64,000 bases of DNA from Clostridia bacterium (lineage in GTDB: Bacteria; Bacillota; Clostridia; Oscillospirales; CAG-272): positions 5,768-69,767 of the forward strand of contig JAFQOG010000016.1 in the NCBI GenBank assembly GCA_017420755.1, in the 5' to 3' direction. Both the position numbers and the translations under genes were made by a program. The notes beneath the pieces were generated by a model. The model searched no databases. It was not told the origin of the DNA and worked only from the letters and a program-made list of their open reading frames with translations. Positions 9,043 to 19,179 of this stretch are shown piece by piece (positions within the stretch are counted from its first letter, which is position 1; each line of letters opens with the position of its first letter).

Positions 9043-10137
9043 TTATACATTAAATCTAAACAAAACCACATCGCCGTCAGCGATTACATATTCCTTGCCC
9101 TCGGAGCGAACAAGTCCCTTTTCCTTAGCAACAGCCATAGAACCACACGCCATAAGGTCATCAAAGGAAACAATTTCTGCACGAATAAAGCCACGCTCAA
9201 AGTCGGAGTGAATTTTGCCCGCAGCCTGAGGCGCTTTTGTACCCTTTATAATAGTCCAAGCACGAACCTCTTGTGGACCTGCTGTAAGATAGCTGATAAG
9301 ACCAAGAAGAGAATAGCTTGCCTTAATAAGCCTGTCAAGACCACTTTCCTCAATCCCAAGATCGCTTAAGAACATTTCCTTGTCCTCGTCATCAAGCTCA
9401 GCAATTTGAGCCTCAATCTCGGCACAAACGGGAATAACCTCGCTCTTTTCAGTTTTTGCAAACTCAACAACACTTTGGTAGTGAGCATTAGCACTAAGAT
9501 CACTTCCAATATCGTCCTCGCTTATGTTAGCCGCATAAATTACAGGCTTAATGGTGAGTAGAGCAACATCGCCGAGCATCTCCATCTCTTCCTCTGTGTA
9601 ATCAAGAGAACGAGCTGTCTTGCCATCAAGCAAAGAAGCGTGAACTCTTTCGAGAAGCTCAAGCTTAGGAGCAAGAGTCTTATCACCCTTCATAGCCTTC
9701 TTAACAGAATCAATTCTTCGCTCAATAATTTCAATGTCAGAGAAGATAAGCTCCAAGTTTATCGTGTCAACATCACGAATAGGATTTACCCCACCATCAA
9801 CATGAATTATATCGTTATTTTCAAAGCAACGAACAACATGCACAATTGCGTCAACCTCTCTAATATGTGAAAGGAACTTATTTCCAAGCCCCTCACCCTT
9901 TGACGCGCCTCTAACAAGACCTGCAATATCAACAAATTCAATTACCGCAGGAGTGTATTTTTCAGGGTTATACATCTTCGCAAGCTCGTCAAGACGAGAA
10001 TCCGGAACAAACACAACGCCAACATTTGGCTCAATTGTGCAGAACGGGTAGTTTGCACTTTGTGCACCTGCGTTAGTCAATGCATTAAATAGAGTACTCT
10101 TGCCGACATTGGGCAAGCCAACAATACCAAGCTTCAT
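9043..10137 (-). CDS. ychF: Redox-regulated ATPase YchF
   Basis: 'GIVGLPNVGKSTLFN', 'ANYPFCTIEPN', 'GEGLGNKFL', C-terminal 'FRFNV'. Confidence 0.97.
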   Translation of the reverse strand: MKLGIVGLPNVGKSTLFNALTNAGAQSANYPFCTIEPNVGVVFVPDSRLDELAKMYNPEKYTPAVIEFVDIAGLVRGASKGEGLGNKFLSHIREVDAIVHVVRCFENNDIIHVDGGVNPIRDVDTINLELIFSDIEIIERRIDSVKKAMKGDKTLAPKLELLERVHASLLDGKTARSLDYTEEEMEMLGDVALLTIKPVIYAANISEDDIGSDLSANAHYQSVVEFAKTEKSEVIPVCAEIEAQIAELDDEDKEMFLSDLGIEESGLDRLIKASYSLLGLISYLTAGPQEVRAWTIIKGTKAPQAAGKIHSDFERGFIRAEIVSFDDLMACGSMAVAKEKGLVRSEGKEYVIADGDVVLFRFNV

Positions 10138-10271
10138 TATAAACACCTCGTAAAAGTTATTAAAAGTTCATGTAACATTTTACATTATTTTTTAAAAATT
10201 ATCAACCCCAAATCACAAATTTCCAAAAAAATATGTAAAATGGCGTAAAAATATCCAATTTTTTAGTGTTC

Positions 10272-10304
10272 ATTCACGAGTTGTTCACAAAACCGTCACA
10301 AAAG
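10272..10304 (+). promoter_or_regulatory. Three (T/G)TCAC direct repeats at 11-bp period (OmpR/PhoB-type site)
   Basis: TTCAC 10273, TTCAC 10284, GTCAC 10295; downstream promoter TTTACA-N17-TAAAAT at 10360-10388. Confidence 0.55.
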
Positions 10305-10413
10305 CTCGTTAAAATTGAATAAATTAAGGAAAAATCCAAAACAAAATGTGAATTAATTATTTACAAATTAATAAGAATGTGTTAAAATATTAAAAAACAA
10401 CGAGGAGGCACTT

Positions 10414-11130
10414 ATGGTAGGAACGAAGCTATTGATTATCGATAATGATAAAAGCACCTGTGAGCTTGTAAGGAGCTTTTTTAAAAATGAGGGCTACGAA
10501 ATCATTGAGGCATATGATGGAATAGAGGGCTTAAATGCCTTTAAATCATACGATCCCGATGTCGTTTTGCTTGATAGTGTGCTTCCCAAAAAGGACGGAA
10601 ACGAGGTTTGTAGGCAAATTCGCGCCATTTCCACAAAGCCAATCATTATGATTAGCGCAAAGGCAGACGAATTTGATAAGGTTTTAGGACTAGAGCTGGG
10701 AGCAGACGATTATCTTGTAAAGCCACTTGGAATGAAGGAGCTTCATGCAAGAATCAAGGCAATTCTCAGAAGATGTGGTAGCACCGATAATATTATTGAT
10801 AAAAATGTTCTACGCTTTGATAATCTCGAAATCAACCTCTCAAATCACGAGTTGAAAATTCGTGGTGAGCATGTAGATATTCCACATAAGGAGCTTTTAC
10901 TTCTACATTTTCTTGCTCAAAATTACAATAGAGTATATACAAGAGATCAGCTTCTTAACAAGGTTTGGAGCTTTGATTATCTTGGCGACTCTCGCACAGT
11001 TGATGTTCACATTAAGCGCCTTCGTGAAAAGCTTCAAGGCGTATCAAAGAGATGGGAGCTAAAAACAGTTTGGGGAGTTGGCTATAAATTTGAGGTTCAC
11101 CCCGAAGCAACCGAAAAAACAGAGGAATAA
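10414..11130 (+). CDS. OmpR/PhoB-family response regulator (no adjacent kinase)
   Basis: Receiver 'VLLD..LP', 'GLELGADDYLVKP'; winged helix 'RTVDVHIKRLREKL', 'KTVWGVGYKF'. Confidence 0.93.
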   Translation: MVGTKLLIIDNDKSTCELVRSFFKNEGYEIIEAYDGIEGLNAFKSYDPDVVLLDSVLPKKDGNEVCRQIRAISTKPIIMISAKADEFDKVLGLELGADDYLVKPLGMKELHARIKAILRRCGSTDNIIDKNVLRFDNLEINLSNHELKIRGEHVDIPHKELLLLHFLAQNYNRVYTRDQLLNKVWSFDYLGDSRTVDVHIKRLREKLQGVSKRWELKTVWGVGYKFEVHPEATEKTEE

Positions 11131-11135
11131 AATTC

Positions 11136-11162
11136 AAGGGGCGAGAAAATCGCCCTTTATTT
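11136..11162 (+). terminator. Intrinsic terminator
   Basis: AAGGGGCGA-gaaaa-TCGCCCTTT. Confidence 0.65.
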
Positions 11163-11177
11163 ATGAAAGAGGAAAAT

Positions 11178-12296
11178 ATGGAATATGTTGCAACCTGCCT
11201 ATTTGGGCTTGAAAGCCTTTTAGGAGCAGAAATAGACGCACTAGGCTATAAAAGAACTGAAACAATGGATGGCAGAGTCAGCTTTATAGGCGACGAGAGT
11301 GCAATTGCACGATGCAATATCGGGCTTCGATTTGCCGAGCGACTTTATATCAAGGTTGGCGAGTTTGAGGCGCTAACCTTTGACGATCTTTTCGAGGGAA
11401 CAAGAGCGCTTGAATGGGAAAAATGGATAGGCAAAAGCGACGAATTTCCCGTTAAGGGACATAGTATAAAAAGCGTGCTTTTCTCAATTCCCGATTGTCA
11501 AAAAATCATTAAAAAGGCAGTTGTTTCACGCCTTTCTAAAAAATATGGAATATCATGGTTTGAGGAAAAGGGCGTAAAATACCAAATAGACTTTTTCATT
11601 TTCAAAAATAGAGCAACGCTTATGATAGACACATCTGGCGTTCCTCTTCATAAAAGAGGCTATCGCCCAAAAAGCGTAGAAGCTCCAATAAGAGAAACCC
11701 TTGCATGCGCTCTTGCAAAAATTGCAAGACCAAGAGAGGATGTTCTTTTTTGGGATCCATTCTGTGGCTCGGGAACAATCGCAATTGAAGCTACAATGAT
11801 GATGCTAAATATAGCACCGGGCTTAAACAGAGCCTTTATTGCTCAAACCTTCCCACAATTTTCAAGCGATATATGGACAAGGGCAAGAGAAGAGGCAAGG
11901 GCGAATATTATAACAGATAGCGCCTTTGAAGCATATGCAAGTGATATCAACCCCGAATGCGTTAATATTGCCACAGAAAGCGCAAAGCACGCGGGTGTGT
12001 ATAAAAATATGAAAATATTTACCCAAGACGCTCTTACTATCAAAACAGGTGGAAGGCGAGGCACAATAGTCTGCAATCCCCCATATGGCGAAAGGCTAAT
12101 GACCATAAGAGAGGCAGAGGCGCTTTATCGCAAAATGGGTGAGCATTTTAAAACCCTTGATAGCTGGCAAATATATGTTATCACAAATCACGAGCAGTTT
12201 TCTCGCTTTTATGGCAGACGCCCCGACAAGGTAAGAAAGCTCTCAAATGGCAATATCCCTTGCTATTTTTATCAATTTTTCAAAAAGCACGATTAA
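11178..12296 (+). CDS. THUMP-domain class I SAM-dependent RNA methyltransferase (RlmL/YpsC-like)
   Basis: 'LHKRGYR', 'APIRETLA', 'DPFCGSGTI', 'NPPYGER'. Confidence 0.9.
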   Translation: MEYVATCLFGLESLLGAEIDALGYKRTETMDGRVSFIGDESAIARCNIGLRFAERLYIKVGEFEALTFDDLFEGTRALEWEKWIGKSDEFPVKGHSIKSVLFSIPDCQKIIKKAVVSRLSKKYGISWFEEKGVKYQIDFFIFKNRATLMIDTSGVPLHKRGYRPKSVEAPIRETLACALAKIARPREDVLFWDPFCGSGTIAIEATMMMLNIAPGLNRAFIAQTFPQFSSDIWTRAREEARANIITDSAFEAYASDINPECVNIATESAKHAGVYKNMKIFTQDALTIKTGGRRGTIVCNPPYGERLMTIREAEALYRKMGEHFKTLDSWQIYVITNHEQFSRFYGRRPDKVRKLSNGNIPCYFYQFFKKHD

Positions 12297-12319
12297 AAAT
12301 AAAATCTCCGTAAATACTA
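12291..12319 (+). promoter_or_regulatory. Putative forespore (sigmaF/sigmaG) promoter
   Basis: GATTA-N17-AATACTA upstream of the spoVAF RBS. Confidence 0.4.
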
Positions 12320-12348
12320 TTGAAAAATAGTGCTTGCGGAGGTTTTTT

Positions 12349-13761
12349 ATGCGAAGCTTTTCAAATGATTTTTCCATCAATATGCAAACACTCGATAGCG
12401 AGCTGAATGTAAAGGAAAATTTCGATATTATCAAGCGAGAAATGCTAATAAATAATCACAGAGTGGTTATGTATTATGTTGATGGCTTTGTAACTGCTTC
12501 AATTATGCAAAAGCTTATGATGCACCTTGTCACCATAAAGGAGCTGGGAAATACCGGCGCAAGGAGCGTTGAGGAGTTTGTAAAGCAAAGCATTCCTAGC
12601 GTAGAGGTTGACCCGTGCTATGATATAGATAAGGCGTTAAAGTTGGTTTTGAGTGGATGTAGCCTGATAATCTCAGACGCCTTTTATGATGGCTCAATTG
12701 TCGTAGATGCACGCTCATATCCTGCAAGAGTAACAGCAGAGCCTGAAAACGATAAGGTAATGCGAGGCTCTCGTGACGGCTTTGTCGAAACAATGATTTT
12801 TAATACCGCAATGATAAGACGGAGAATAAGAGATACAAATCTTGTTGTTAAATATGCAAGCGCAGGAGAAAAATCTAAAACCGATATATCAATCGTTTAT
12901 ATAAAGGGTAAAGCAAAGCCCGAATATGTAAAGGAAATAGAAAGAAAAATAAGCGAAATTAAAACAGATTCTCTTGTAATGGGTCATCAAAGCTTAATAG
13001 AATGTCTTGTTAAGCATAAATGGTATAACCCATTTCCAAAGGTTAGATGCACCGAGCGCCCTGACGCAGCATGCGCATCAATTTTAGAGGGTAGTGTGGT
13101 TGTAATTTGCGATAATTCCCCGGAGGCGCTGATACTTCCAACAAGCATTTTTGACTTTTTACAGGAAACAGACGATTACTATTTTCCCCCACTTGTAGGC
13201 TCGTATCTTAGAATAGTGCGCCAAATAGTTTTTTGGAGTGCAATAGTTTTAACTCCTGTGTGGTATTTGCTGGTTACTAACCCACAATTTATGCCACAGG
13301 GTCTTGAATTTTTAGTTCCCAAGGATGCAGGGAATATACCGATTTTGGCACAGCTTTTAATTGTCGAGGTCGTAATAGATGGATTGAAGCTAGCCTCTCT
13401 TAATACCCCTAGCGTAATGTCAAATTCCTTCGGCGTCATAGGCGGACTTTTGCTGGGAGATTTCGCTGTGCAAATAGGTTGGCTTAGTGCCGATGTTATT
13501 TTCTATATGGCGATAGTTTCAATTGCAAGCTTCACACAATCAAACTATGAGCTGGGCTACGCCTTCAAATTCATAAGAATGATAACATTAGTCCTTATAG
13601 CCCTGTTTGATATTTGGGGACTTTTCATCGGCTTTGCAATAGGACTCTTGCTCGTTGTTACAAATTCCACAATAAACGGAAAGCACTCCTACCTGTATCC
13701 GTTAATCCCCTTTAACGCCCACGCCCTTTCTCGCCTAATTTTCCGTCGCAAAAAGCCATAA
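12349..13761 (+). CDS. spoVAF: Spore germination protein, SpoVAF/GerA family
   Basis: 'EPENDKVMRGSRDGFVET', 'FPKVRCTERPD', 'LASLNTP'. Confidence 0.88.
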   Translation: MRSFSNDFSINMQTLDSELNVKENFDIIKREMLINNHRVVMYYVDGFVTASIMQKLMMHLVTIKELGNTGARSVEEFVKQSIPSVEVDPCYDIDKALKLVLSGCSLIISDAFYDGSIVVDARSYPARVTAEPENDKVMRGSRDGFVETMIFNTAMIRRRIRDTNLVVKYASAGEKSKTDISIVYIKGKAKPEYVKEIERKISEIKTDSLVMGHQSLIECLVKHKWYNPFPKVRCTERPDAACASILEGSVVVICDNSPEALILPTSIFDFLQETDDYYFPPLVGSYLRIVRQIVFWSAIVLTPVWYLLVTNPQFMPQGLEFLVPKDAGNIPILAQLLIVEVVIDGLKLASLNTPSVMSNSFGVIGGLLLGDFAVQIGWLSADVIFYMAIVSIASFTQSNYELGYAFKFIRMITLVLIALFDIWGLFIGFAIGLLLVVTNSTINGKHSYLYPLIPFNAHALSRLIFRRKKP

Positions 13762-13764
13762 ATA

Positions 13765-13789
13765 AAACCACCAGCTTAACTGGTGGTTT
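13765..13789. terminator. Bidirectional intrinsic terminator
   Basis: AAACCACCAG-cttaa-CTGGTGGTTT. Confidence 0.8.
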
Positions 13790-13799
13790 GTATTTTTTG

Positions 13800-14849
13800 T
13801 TAATCTATCTTCACCTGTGAGCCACTACCGCCACCGTAGGGAATACCAAGATGCTCATACGCAAGACGCGTTACGCAACGGCCTCGTGGAGTTCTGTTCA
13901 AAAAGCCAATCTGCATAAGATATGGCTCGTAAACATCCTCTATGGTAATGCTTTCCTCGCCGATTGTTGCACTGAGCGTGTCAAGACCAACAGGGCCACC
14001 ATCGTAAAACTTAATAATGGTTTCGAGCATGCGTCTGTCTGTGTTGTCAAGACCTAACTCGTCAATTTCAAGCGCGGTAAGTGACATTTTCGCCATTTCA
14101 AGAGTTATTTTTCCATCACCCTTAACCTGCGCATAGTCACGCACACGCTTTAATAGTCTGTTAGCAATACGAGGAGTTCCACGAGAGCGAGATGCGATTT
14201 CAAGCGCGCCCTCCTCGGTAATCTCAACATCAAGCAGAGAAGCGCTTCGCTTAACGATAGTAGCAAGCTCCTCGTGAGTGTAAAGCTCAAGCTTCAAAAG
14301 CACGCCAAAACGGTCACGAAGAGGAGTTGTAAGCTGTCCTGCACGAGTTGTCGCACCTACAAGAGTAAATCTTGGAAGAGGAACACGAATGCTACGCGCC
14401 GCAGGGCCTTTACCGATAATAATGTCGAGTACATAATCCTCCATCGCAGGATAAAGGATTTCTTCAATATTTCTTGAAAGACGATGTATCTCGTCAATAA
14501 AAAGCACATCCCCGGGGGCTAAATTCGTAAGTATAGCTGCCAAATCTCCTTGCTTTTCAATAGCAGGACCGGAGGTGACACGGAAATTAACACCCATTTC
14601 TGTTGCAATAATGCCCGAAAGAGTAGTTTTACCAAGACCCGGAGGGCCATATAGAAGCACATGGTCAAGCGAATCGCCTCTGCCCTTAGCCGCATCTATA
14701 TAAACCTTCAAAAGATCCTTAACCTTTTCTTGACCGATATATTCATCAAACGCCTTAGGCCTTAGGCTGACCTCGTCATTGGTTTCCTCACCCGATGCCT
14801 CGGTAGATACTATTCGGCTTTCATAGTCAAATTCAACTTCATCAATCAT
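13800..14849 (-). CDS. ruvB: Holliday junction branch migration helicase RuvB
   Basis: 'LRP...YIGQ', 'GPPGLGKTT', 'FIDEIHRL', '[11 protein letters not shown]'. Confidence 0.98.
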   Translation of the reverse strand: MIDEVEFDYESRIVSTEASGEETNDEVSLRPKAFDEYIGQEKVKDLLKVYIDAAKGRGDSLDHVLLYGPPGLGKTTLSGIIATEMGVNFRVTSGPAIEKQGDLAAILTNLAPGDVLFIDEIHRLSRNIEEILYPAMEDYVLDIIIGKGPAARSIRVPLPRFTLVGATTRAGQLTTPLRDRFGVLLKLELYTHEELATIVKRSASLLDVEITEEGALEIASRSRGTPRIANRLLKRVRDYAQVKGDGKITLEMAKMSLTALEIDELGLDNTDRRMLETIIKFYDGGPVGLDTLSATIGEESITIEDVYEPYLMQIGFLNRTPRGRCVTRLAYEHLGIPYGGGSGSQVKID

Positions 14850-14857
14850 ATCTTACC

Positions 14858-15466
14858 TCACATTAGCTTTGCCAAAGCAAGCGGAATAATTTTTTCAACA
14901 TCAAGCGTAGGATCAATTCCCGAAAGCGCTCTTTGTGCCTCTGAACGAGAATAACCAAGAACGATAAGTGCATCAAGCGCCTCGCCAAGATTGCCCTTGC
15001 CCTTAACAACGGTTGGAGCAGAGCCAACACCACTAGATGTAGGAGCAGAGCCAAAATAGATTTTTGAAACCTTGTCACGAAGCTCAAGCACAACTCTTGC
15101 TGCGGTTTTCGCACCAACACCACTTGCACGAGCAATAGACTTGGTGTCCTCGGAGCAAATTGCTTGATATAGCTTGTCAGGCTCAAATAGCGATAAAATC
15201 GCCATCGCAGCCTTAGGGCCAACACCTGAAACGGTAATCAAAAGCTTAAAAGCACCAAGCTCGTCAGCGTTTTTAAAGCCAAATAGTTCAACCCCGTCCT
15301 CTCGAACCTGGAGATAGGTGAAAAGCTTCATTCTCTCGCCAATATGCGAGCAAATCGCAGAGTAGGTGTTGTCGCTAATAGCGAGTCTATATCCAACTCC
15401 ACAGCAGTCAATAACGCAACCGCCGATCTCACAATAGTCAAGCGATCCGTCAACATGATAAATCAT
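14858..15466 (-). CDS. ruvA: Holliday junction binding protein RuvA
   Basis: 'VREDGVELFGF', 'VSGVGPKAA', 'GVGAKTAARVVLELRDK', 'ALIVLGY'. Confidence 0.95.
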   Translation of the reverse strand: MIYHVDGSLDYCEIGGCVIDCCGVGYRLAISDNTYSAICSHIGERMKLFTYLQVREDGVELFGFKNADELGAFKLLITVSGVGPKAAMAILSLFEPDKLYQAICSEDTKSIARASGVGAKTAARVVLELRDKVSKIYFGSAPTSSGVGSAPTVVKGKGNLGEALDALIVLGYSRSEAQRALSGIDPTLDVEKIIPLALAKLM

Positions 15467-18297
15467 ATATTTTCGTCCTCTTCTGTAATATTTTCATTGT
15501 CAATCTTGACATTCGGCTCTATTTCGCCCTCTCCGTTAGAGCCGTCGCCCTCGGGCGCGTCAATTGGTGTATCCTCAATAGCATCAAAGCCCATTTTGCG
15601 CCTGTATGCCTTCTCAAACACGCACATAACTATAAATAGAGCAAGTCCAAAAAGACCAACACCTACGCCAACATTGAACATAGTCGAGCTGTATTTTAAC
15701 TCAATCTCATGTTCACCCGGCGTAATGTCAAAGGCAAGCAGAGCATCAAGCACCTCATAGCTCTCAACCCTCTCACCATCAACATATACCTTCCAATACT
15801 TGTCATATGGGATGGTAGTCATAACAATTTCGTCATCCTCGGCTACAATCGTACCCTCAAAGCGAGTGTCTGAATAGTCGCTTATCTGCATCTCACCCTC
15901 ATTAAGAGCGCCAAATACTCTTTCAAATTCAGACCTAACAAGCTGTGAAAATAGTGGAGCAGAGGTGTTTATTGCAACCTTATCGGAGTCAAATTCAACC
16001 TTAACATAAACGGTTTCGCCTGCCTTGAATGAGCCAATGTTTTGAACACGATTGGTTTCGTCGCCCAATACCTTGCCACTTTCGACGCCATTAACATAGT
16101 AGGTAGCCTCTTGATTTGTTCCATTCGGCTTTAAATACATGTAAATACTACCTGTTGAATAAGCGGTAATAGCATAGGTGAATGACGCCTTTCTGTTAGA
16201 ATCAGCTCTTGTAAAGCGGTCTGTCGATGCCGAGCCACCCTTGGAGCAATTATCTCTTTCAAACAAGGAATAATAGCACTCTTGGAATAGCTTTAATTCG
16301 TCCTCACCGGCAAGCCCCGATGTTAGATATTCAAGATATTGAAGTGGACTTGATACAGTATGCACTGCGTCAAGCTCCTTCATTTGAGAGCTAACAGGAT
16401 ATGCAATAGATAGAGCATACGGATTTTCATAGATCAAAAGATCGTTTTTGCCATCCTTGGCATAATAAAGATTTGAAACAGGAATATCGTCATTTGAAAT
16501 TACATACTTAATTCCAAAAATCGAATCCACAACCTCGTTACCCTCAAAATACTTGCTCCAATGTGAGCGAGCATTAAAGCCACAGTATTTCATGAGATTC
16601 ATAACATCTCGATTAAAGGTCGAGGTAGAGGCGGTAAGCCCTCTGATATCAAGCGCAAAGTTTTCATTTGGCTTTCTAAACAAGGTCTTTTCCATTCTGT
16701 AAAACGATGTGTCATTTTCGAGAATATAGTCAACGGTTGGCTCAATGGAGTCAATAGACTCGCGATAAACCTCTCGCTTTGCCCAGCCAACATCATTTAC
16801 CTCCTCGCCCCAGTTGATGATGCCACTAACACAGGCCTCAAAGCCTACAATGCAAAGAAGAGCAATAGACGAGGCTCGCTTTATCGTTTCTCGCTTTTTA
16901 TAGTAAAGAACAACAAGATAAACAAATATGAACACAAACGAAATCCAAACAAGCTCATAATCAGGCATTGTTGGAGTTTCCGTTTTGCCCTCGTATCTAG
17001 GTAAAAGCACAGTTTTTTGAATTACAAGAAGCAAAAGCATCAGCATAGCGCCAATTTGAATAATCCCCTTGTATTCAAGCTCTGTAAACAGCTCAAAGCC
17101 CTTATATGCCATCAAAAGCACAATAAACGATAGCATAAAGCTATATCTGTAATTTAGCCAAACGGGCATTTGGAAGCCGTGCCAAGCAAGGTCTAGTGCA
17201 TCAACCGACATGCTCGCAATAAATATAAGCGCAAGCACACCATAGCTAACCTTTTCTCTTACGGAAATTTTCTTTGTAAGAAAATATACGGGTAGCATAA
17301 ATAACGCTAAAATTCCACAATAAACATTAGGTAAGCCCGCAGGGCGAACAGTATCGTATGAGCCGATAAAGAACTTCGATATAAGATCAAGAAAATCAAA
17401 CCTTAAGTCAAAGCTCATATCTGCCATTTCACCACTTGATTTTCCAAACGAAATAGAGTAATAGGCGCAAAGAATAATCATGCTAACCATCATCAGCGCA
17501 ACTATTGTGCAAACAGCGATTCTTGCAAGGCTCTTTAATATGTGATATTTTTCCCTTAAAGCGTTAATTTCGTCATTTTTGTGGGCACAAATATAGCAAA
17601 TAAAGTAAAGAAGCGTATATATGCAAACCATATATCCAATATAGTAGTTTGACCATATTATAAGCGCAAGCATAATGGTATAAAGCTTAAATCTGCCATT
17701 CTTTATAATGGCTTCAATACCGAGAGTGAGCAGAGGTAGCCACATAAGCGCATCCTGCCACATGGTGTTTGATTGATAAGCCATAGCGTATGCACAAAAT
17801 GCATACATAGTAGAAAACATAGTGTAGGAGAATACATTTCTTTTTCTGCCCGACCTATCAAGGTAAATTGCAAAGCAAAGACCGCTAAGACCGCATTTGA
17901 GCACCATCATAAGCATAACGCCCTCGACCATAAGTGATGGTGGACACAAAATCAAAAGAAATGCAAGTGGAGATGCAGCATAATAAGCATAAAAGCCTAA
18001 GAACTCACCGCCCAAAACTCTTTCCCATGTATAAATAAGAGATCCGTTACCGGTCAAAATATCTCGTAGCTGTTCAAAATAATAAATGTATTGCGCATTC
18101 ATATCAAGAGTCAAAATCGAACGCTCACCAAAGGGGAATACACCAATTATCGCATAAACAACTAAAAGGATTCCAACAGGAAGCAAAAATGACGGATATA
18201 AATATTTTTTCGCCTTGATAAAGCTCCATACCCTTTGCCAAAGGGCAGAAAGCTTGTCCCTAACGGTGGCGCTTGTTGTAGGAATATTATTGTCCAT
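15463..18297 (-). CDS. YfhO-family membrane protein (GT-C fold glycosyltransferase)
   Basis: 'DMNAQY', 'YYAASP', 'SNYYIGYMVCIY', 'WHGFQMPVWLNYRYSF', 'TIPYDKYWKVYVDG'; start could be 18300 or 18309. Confidence 0.85.
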   Translation of the reverse strand: MDNNIPTTSATVRDKLSALWQRVWSFIKAKKYLYPSFLLPVGILLVVYAIIGVFPFGERSILTLDMNAQYIYYFEQLRDILTGNGSLIYTWERVLGGEFLGFYAYYAASPLAFLLILCPPSLMVEGVMLMMVLKCGLSGLCFAIYLDRSGRKRNVFSYTMFSTMYAFCAYAMAYQSNTMWQDALMWLPLLTLGIEAIIKNGRFKLYTIMLALIIWSNYYIGYMVCIYTLLYFICYICAHKNDEINALREKYHILKSLARIAVCTIVALMMVSMIILCAYYSISFGKSSGEMADMSFDLRFDFLDLISKFFIGSYDTVRPAGLPNVYCGILALFMLPVYFLTKKISVREKVSYGVLALIFIASMSVDALDLAWHGFQMPVWLNYRYSFMLSFIVLLMAYKGFELFTELEYKGIIQIGAMLMLLLLVIQKTVLLPRYEGKTETPTMPDYELVWISFVFIFVYLVVLYYKKRETIKRASSIALLCIVGFEACVSGIINWGEEVNDVGWAKREVYRESIDSIEPTVDYILENDTSFYRMEKTLFRKPNENFALDIRGLTASTSTFNRDVMNLMKYCGFNARSHWSKYFEGNEVVDSIFGIKYVISNDDIPVSNLYYAKDGKNDLLIYENPYALSIAYPVSSQMKELDAVHTVSSPLQYLEYLTSGLAGEDELKLFQECYYSLFERDNCSKGGSASTDRFTRADSNRKASFTYAITAYSTGSIYMYLKPNGTNQEATYYVNGVESGKVLGDETNRVQNIGSFKAGETVYVKVEFDSDKVAINTSAPLFSQLVRSEFERVFGALNEGEMQISDYSDTRFEGTIVAEDDEIVMTTIPYDKYWKVYVDGERVESYEVLDALLAFDITPGEHEIELKYSSTMFNVGVGVGLFGLALFIVMCVFEKAYRRKMGFDAIEDTPIDAPEGDGSNGEGEIEPNVKIDNENITEEDENI

Positions 18298-18496
18298 CAT
18301 CAACCTCACAGCTAATAATTTTTTTAATCATTTTTTCAACCTTTACTCTCTCAAGCGTAAGCGTGCGCCCACACCCAACACAGCAAAGCTTTATGTCAGA
18401 GCCAACTCTTAAAACCTTGAAGCTCTTTTCCCCACAGGGATGAGGCTTTTTCATTTCAAGAATATCTCCAATCTTAATCACAGGAATAACACTCAT
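18287..18496 (-). CDS. DUF951 family protein
   Basis: 'GDILEMKKPHPCG...RVGSDIKLCCVGCGR'. Confidence 0.88.
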   Translation of the reverse strand: MSVIPVIKIGDILEMKKPHPCGEKSFKVLRVGSDIKLCCVGCGRTLTLERVKVEKMIKKIISCEVDDGQ

Positions 18497-18672
18497 AAAA
18501 ATCTCCTTGAAAAAGTATATACATAATCATTTTATCACATAATGCACAAAAAATCAACTATTTATATTAATATATTTTTCGCCATAAATATATATATTTT
18601 ATTTGACATACGCTGAAATTTATGGTAAAATATATTCTGTATAGATTTTAATTGTACTCGAAAGAGGTAATT

Positions 18673-19170
18673 ATGGTAATTTTAGGAATTGACCCGGGAC
18701 TTGCAATAGTCGGTTGGGGAGTTTTAGAATATGTAAAGGGCAAATTCTATGTAAGAGGCTATGGCTCTATTCAAACAAAGGCAGGCTTGCCTGTTGAGGA
18801 AAGAATTTCCCAAATCTATGATGGAATGAACACCATAATAGATAAATATAAGCCCGAGGTTATGGCAATAGAGGAATTGTTTTGGAACACCAACCAAAAG
18901 ACAGGAATAACCGTTGCCGAGGCGAGAGGCACTATTTTGCTTGCCGCTCACCAAAAGGGCTTGAAAATAAACGAATACACACCACTTCAGGTTAAGCAGG
19001 CAGTTGTTGGATACGGAAGGGCAGATAAAAAACAGGTTATTACAATGGTAACCTCTATCTTGAACCTACCTAAGCCACCAAAGCCCGACGATACCGCCGA
19101 CGCCCTTGCGATCGCAATATGTCAAGGTCACGCAGGCGCTAGCCCGCTTAGCAAATTCTATAAAATGTGA
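18673..19170 (+). CDS. ruvC: Crossover junction endodeoxyribonuclease RuvC
   Basis: 'ILGIDPG', 'AIEELF', 'YTPLQVKQAVVGYGRADKKQV', 'DDTADALAIAI'. Confidence 0.96.
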   Translation: MVILGIDPGLAIVGWGVLEYVKGKFYVRGYGSIQTKAGLPVEERISQIYDGMNTIIDKYKPEVMAIEELFWNTNQKTGITVAEARGTILLAAHQKGLKINEYTPLQVKQAVVGYGRADKKQVITMVTSILNLPKPPKPDDTADALAIAICQGHAGASPLSKFYKM

Positions 19171-19179
19171 GGAACTAAA

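Noticed and set aside
12800-14780. Possible reassigned Arg codons (AGG/CGG), as known in some uncultured Bacillota
   Set aside because: AGG encodes the conserved R of RuvB 'LRP' and CGG a conserved R in SpoVAF 'IRRRIRD'; no in-frame stops were seen in conserved genes.
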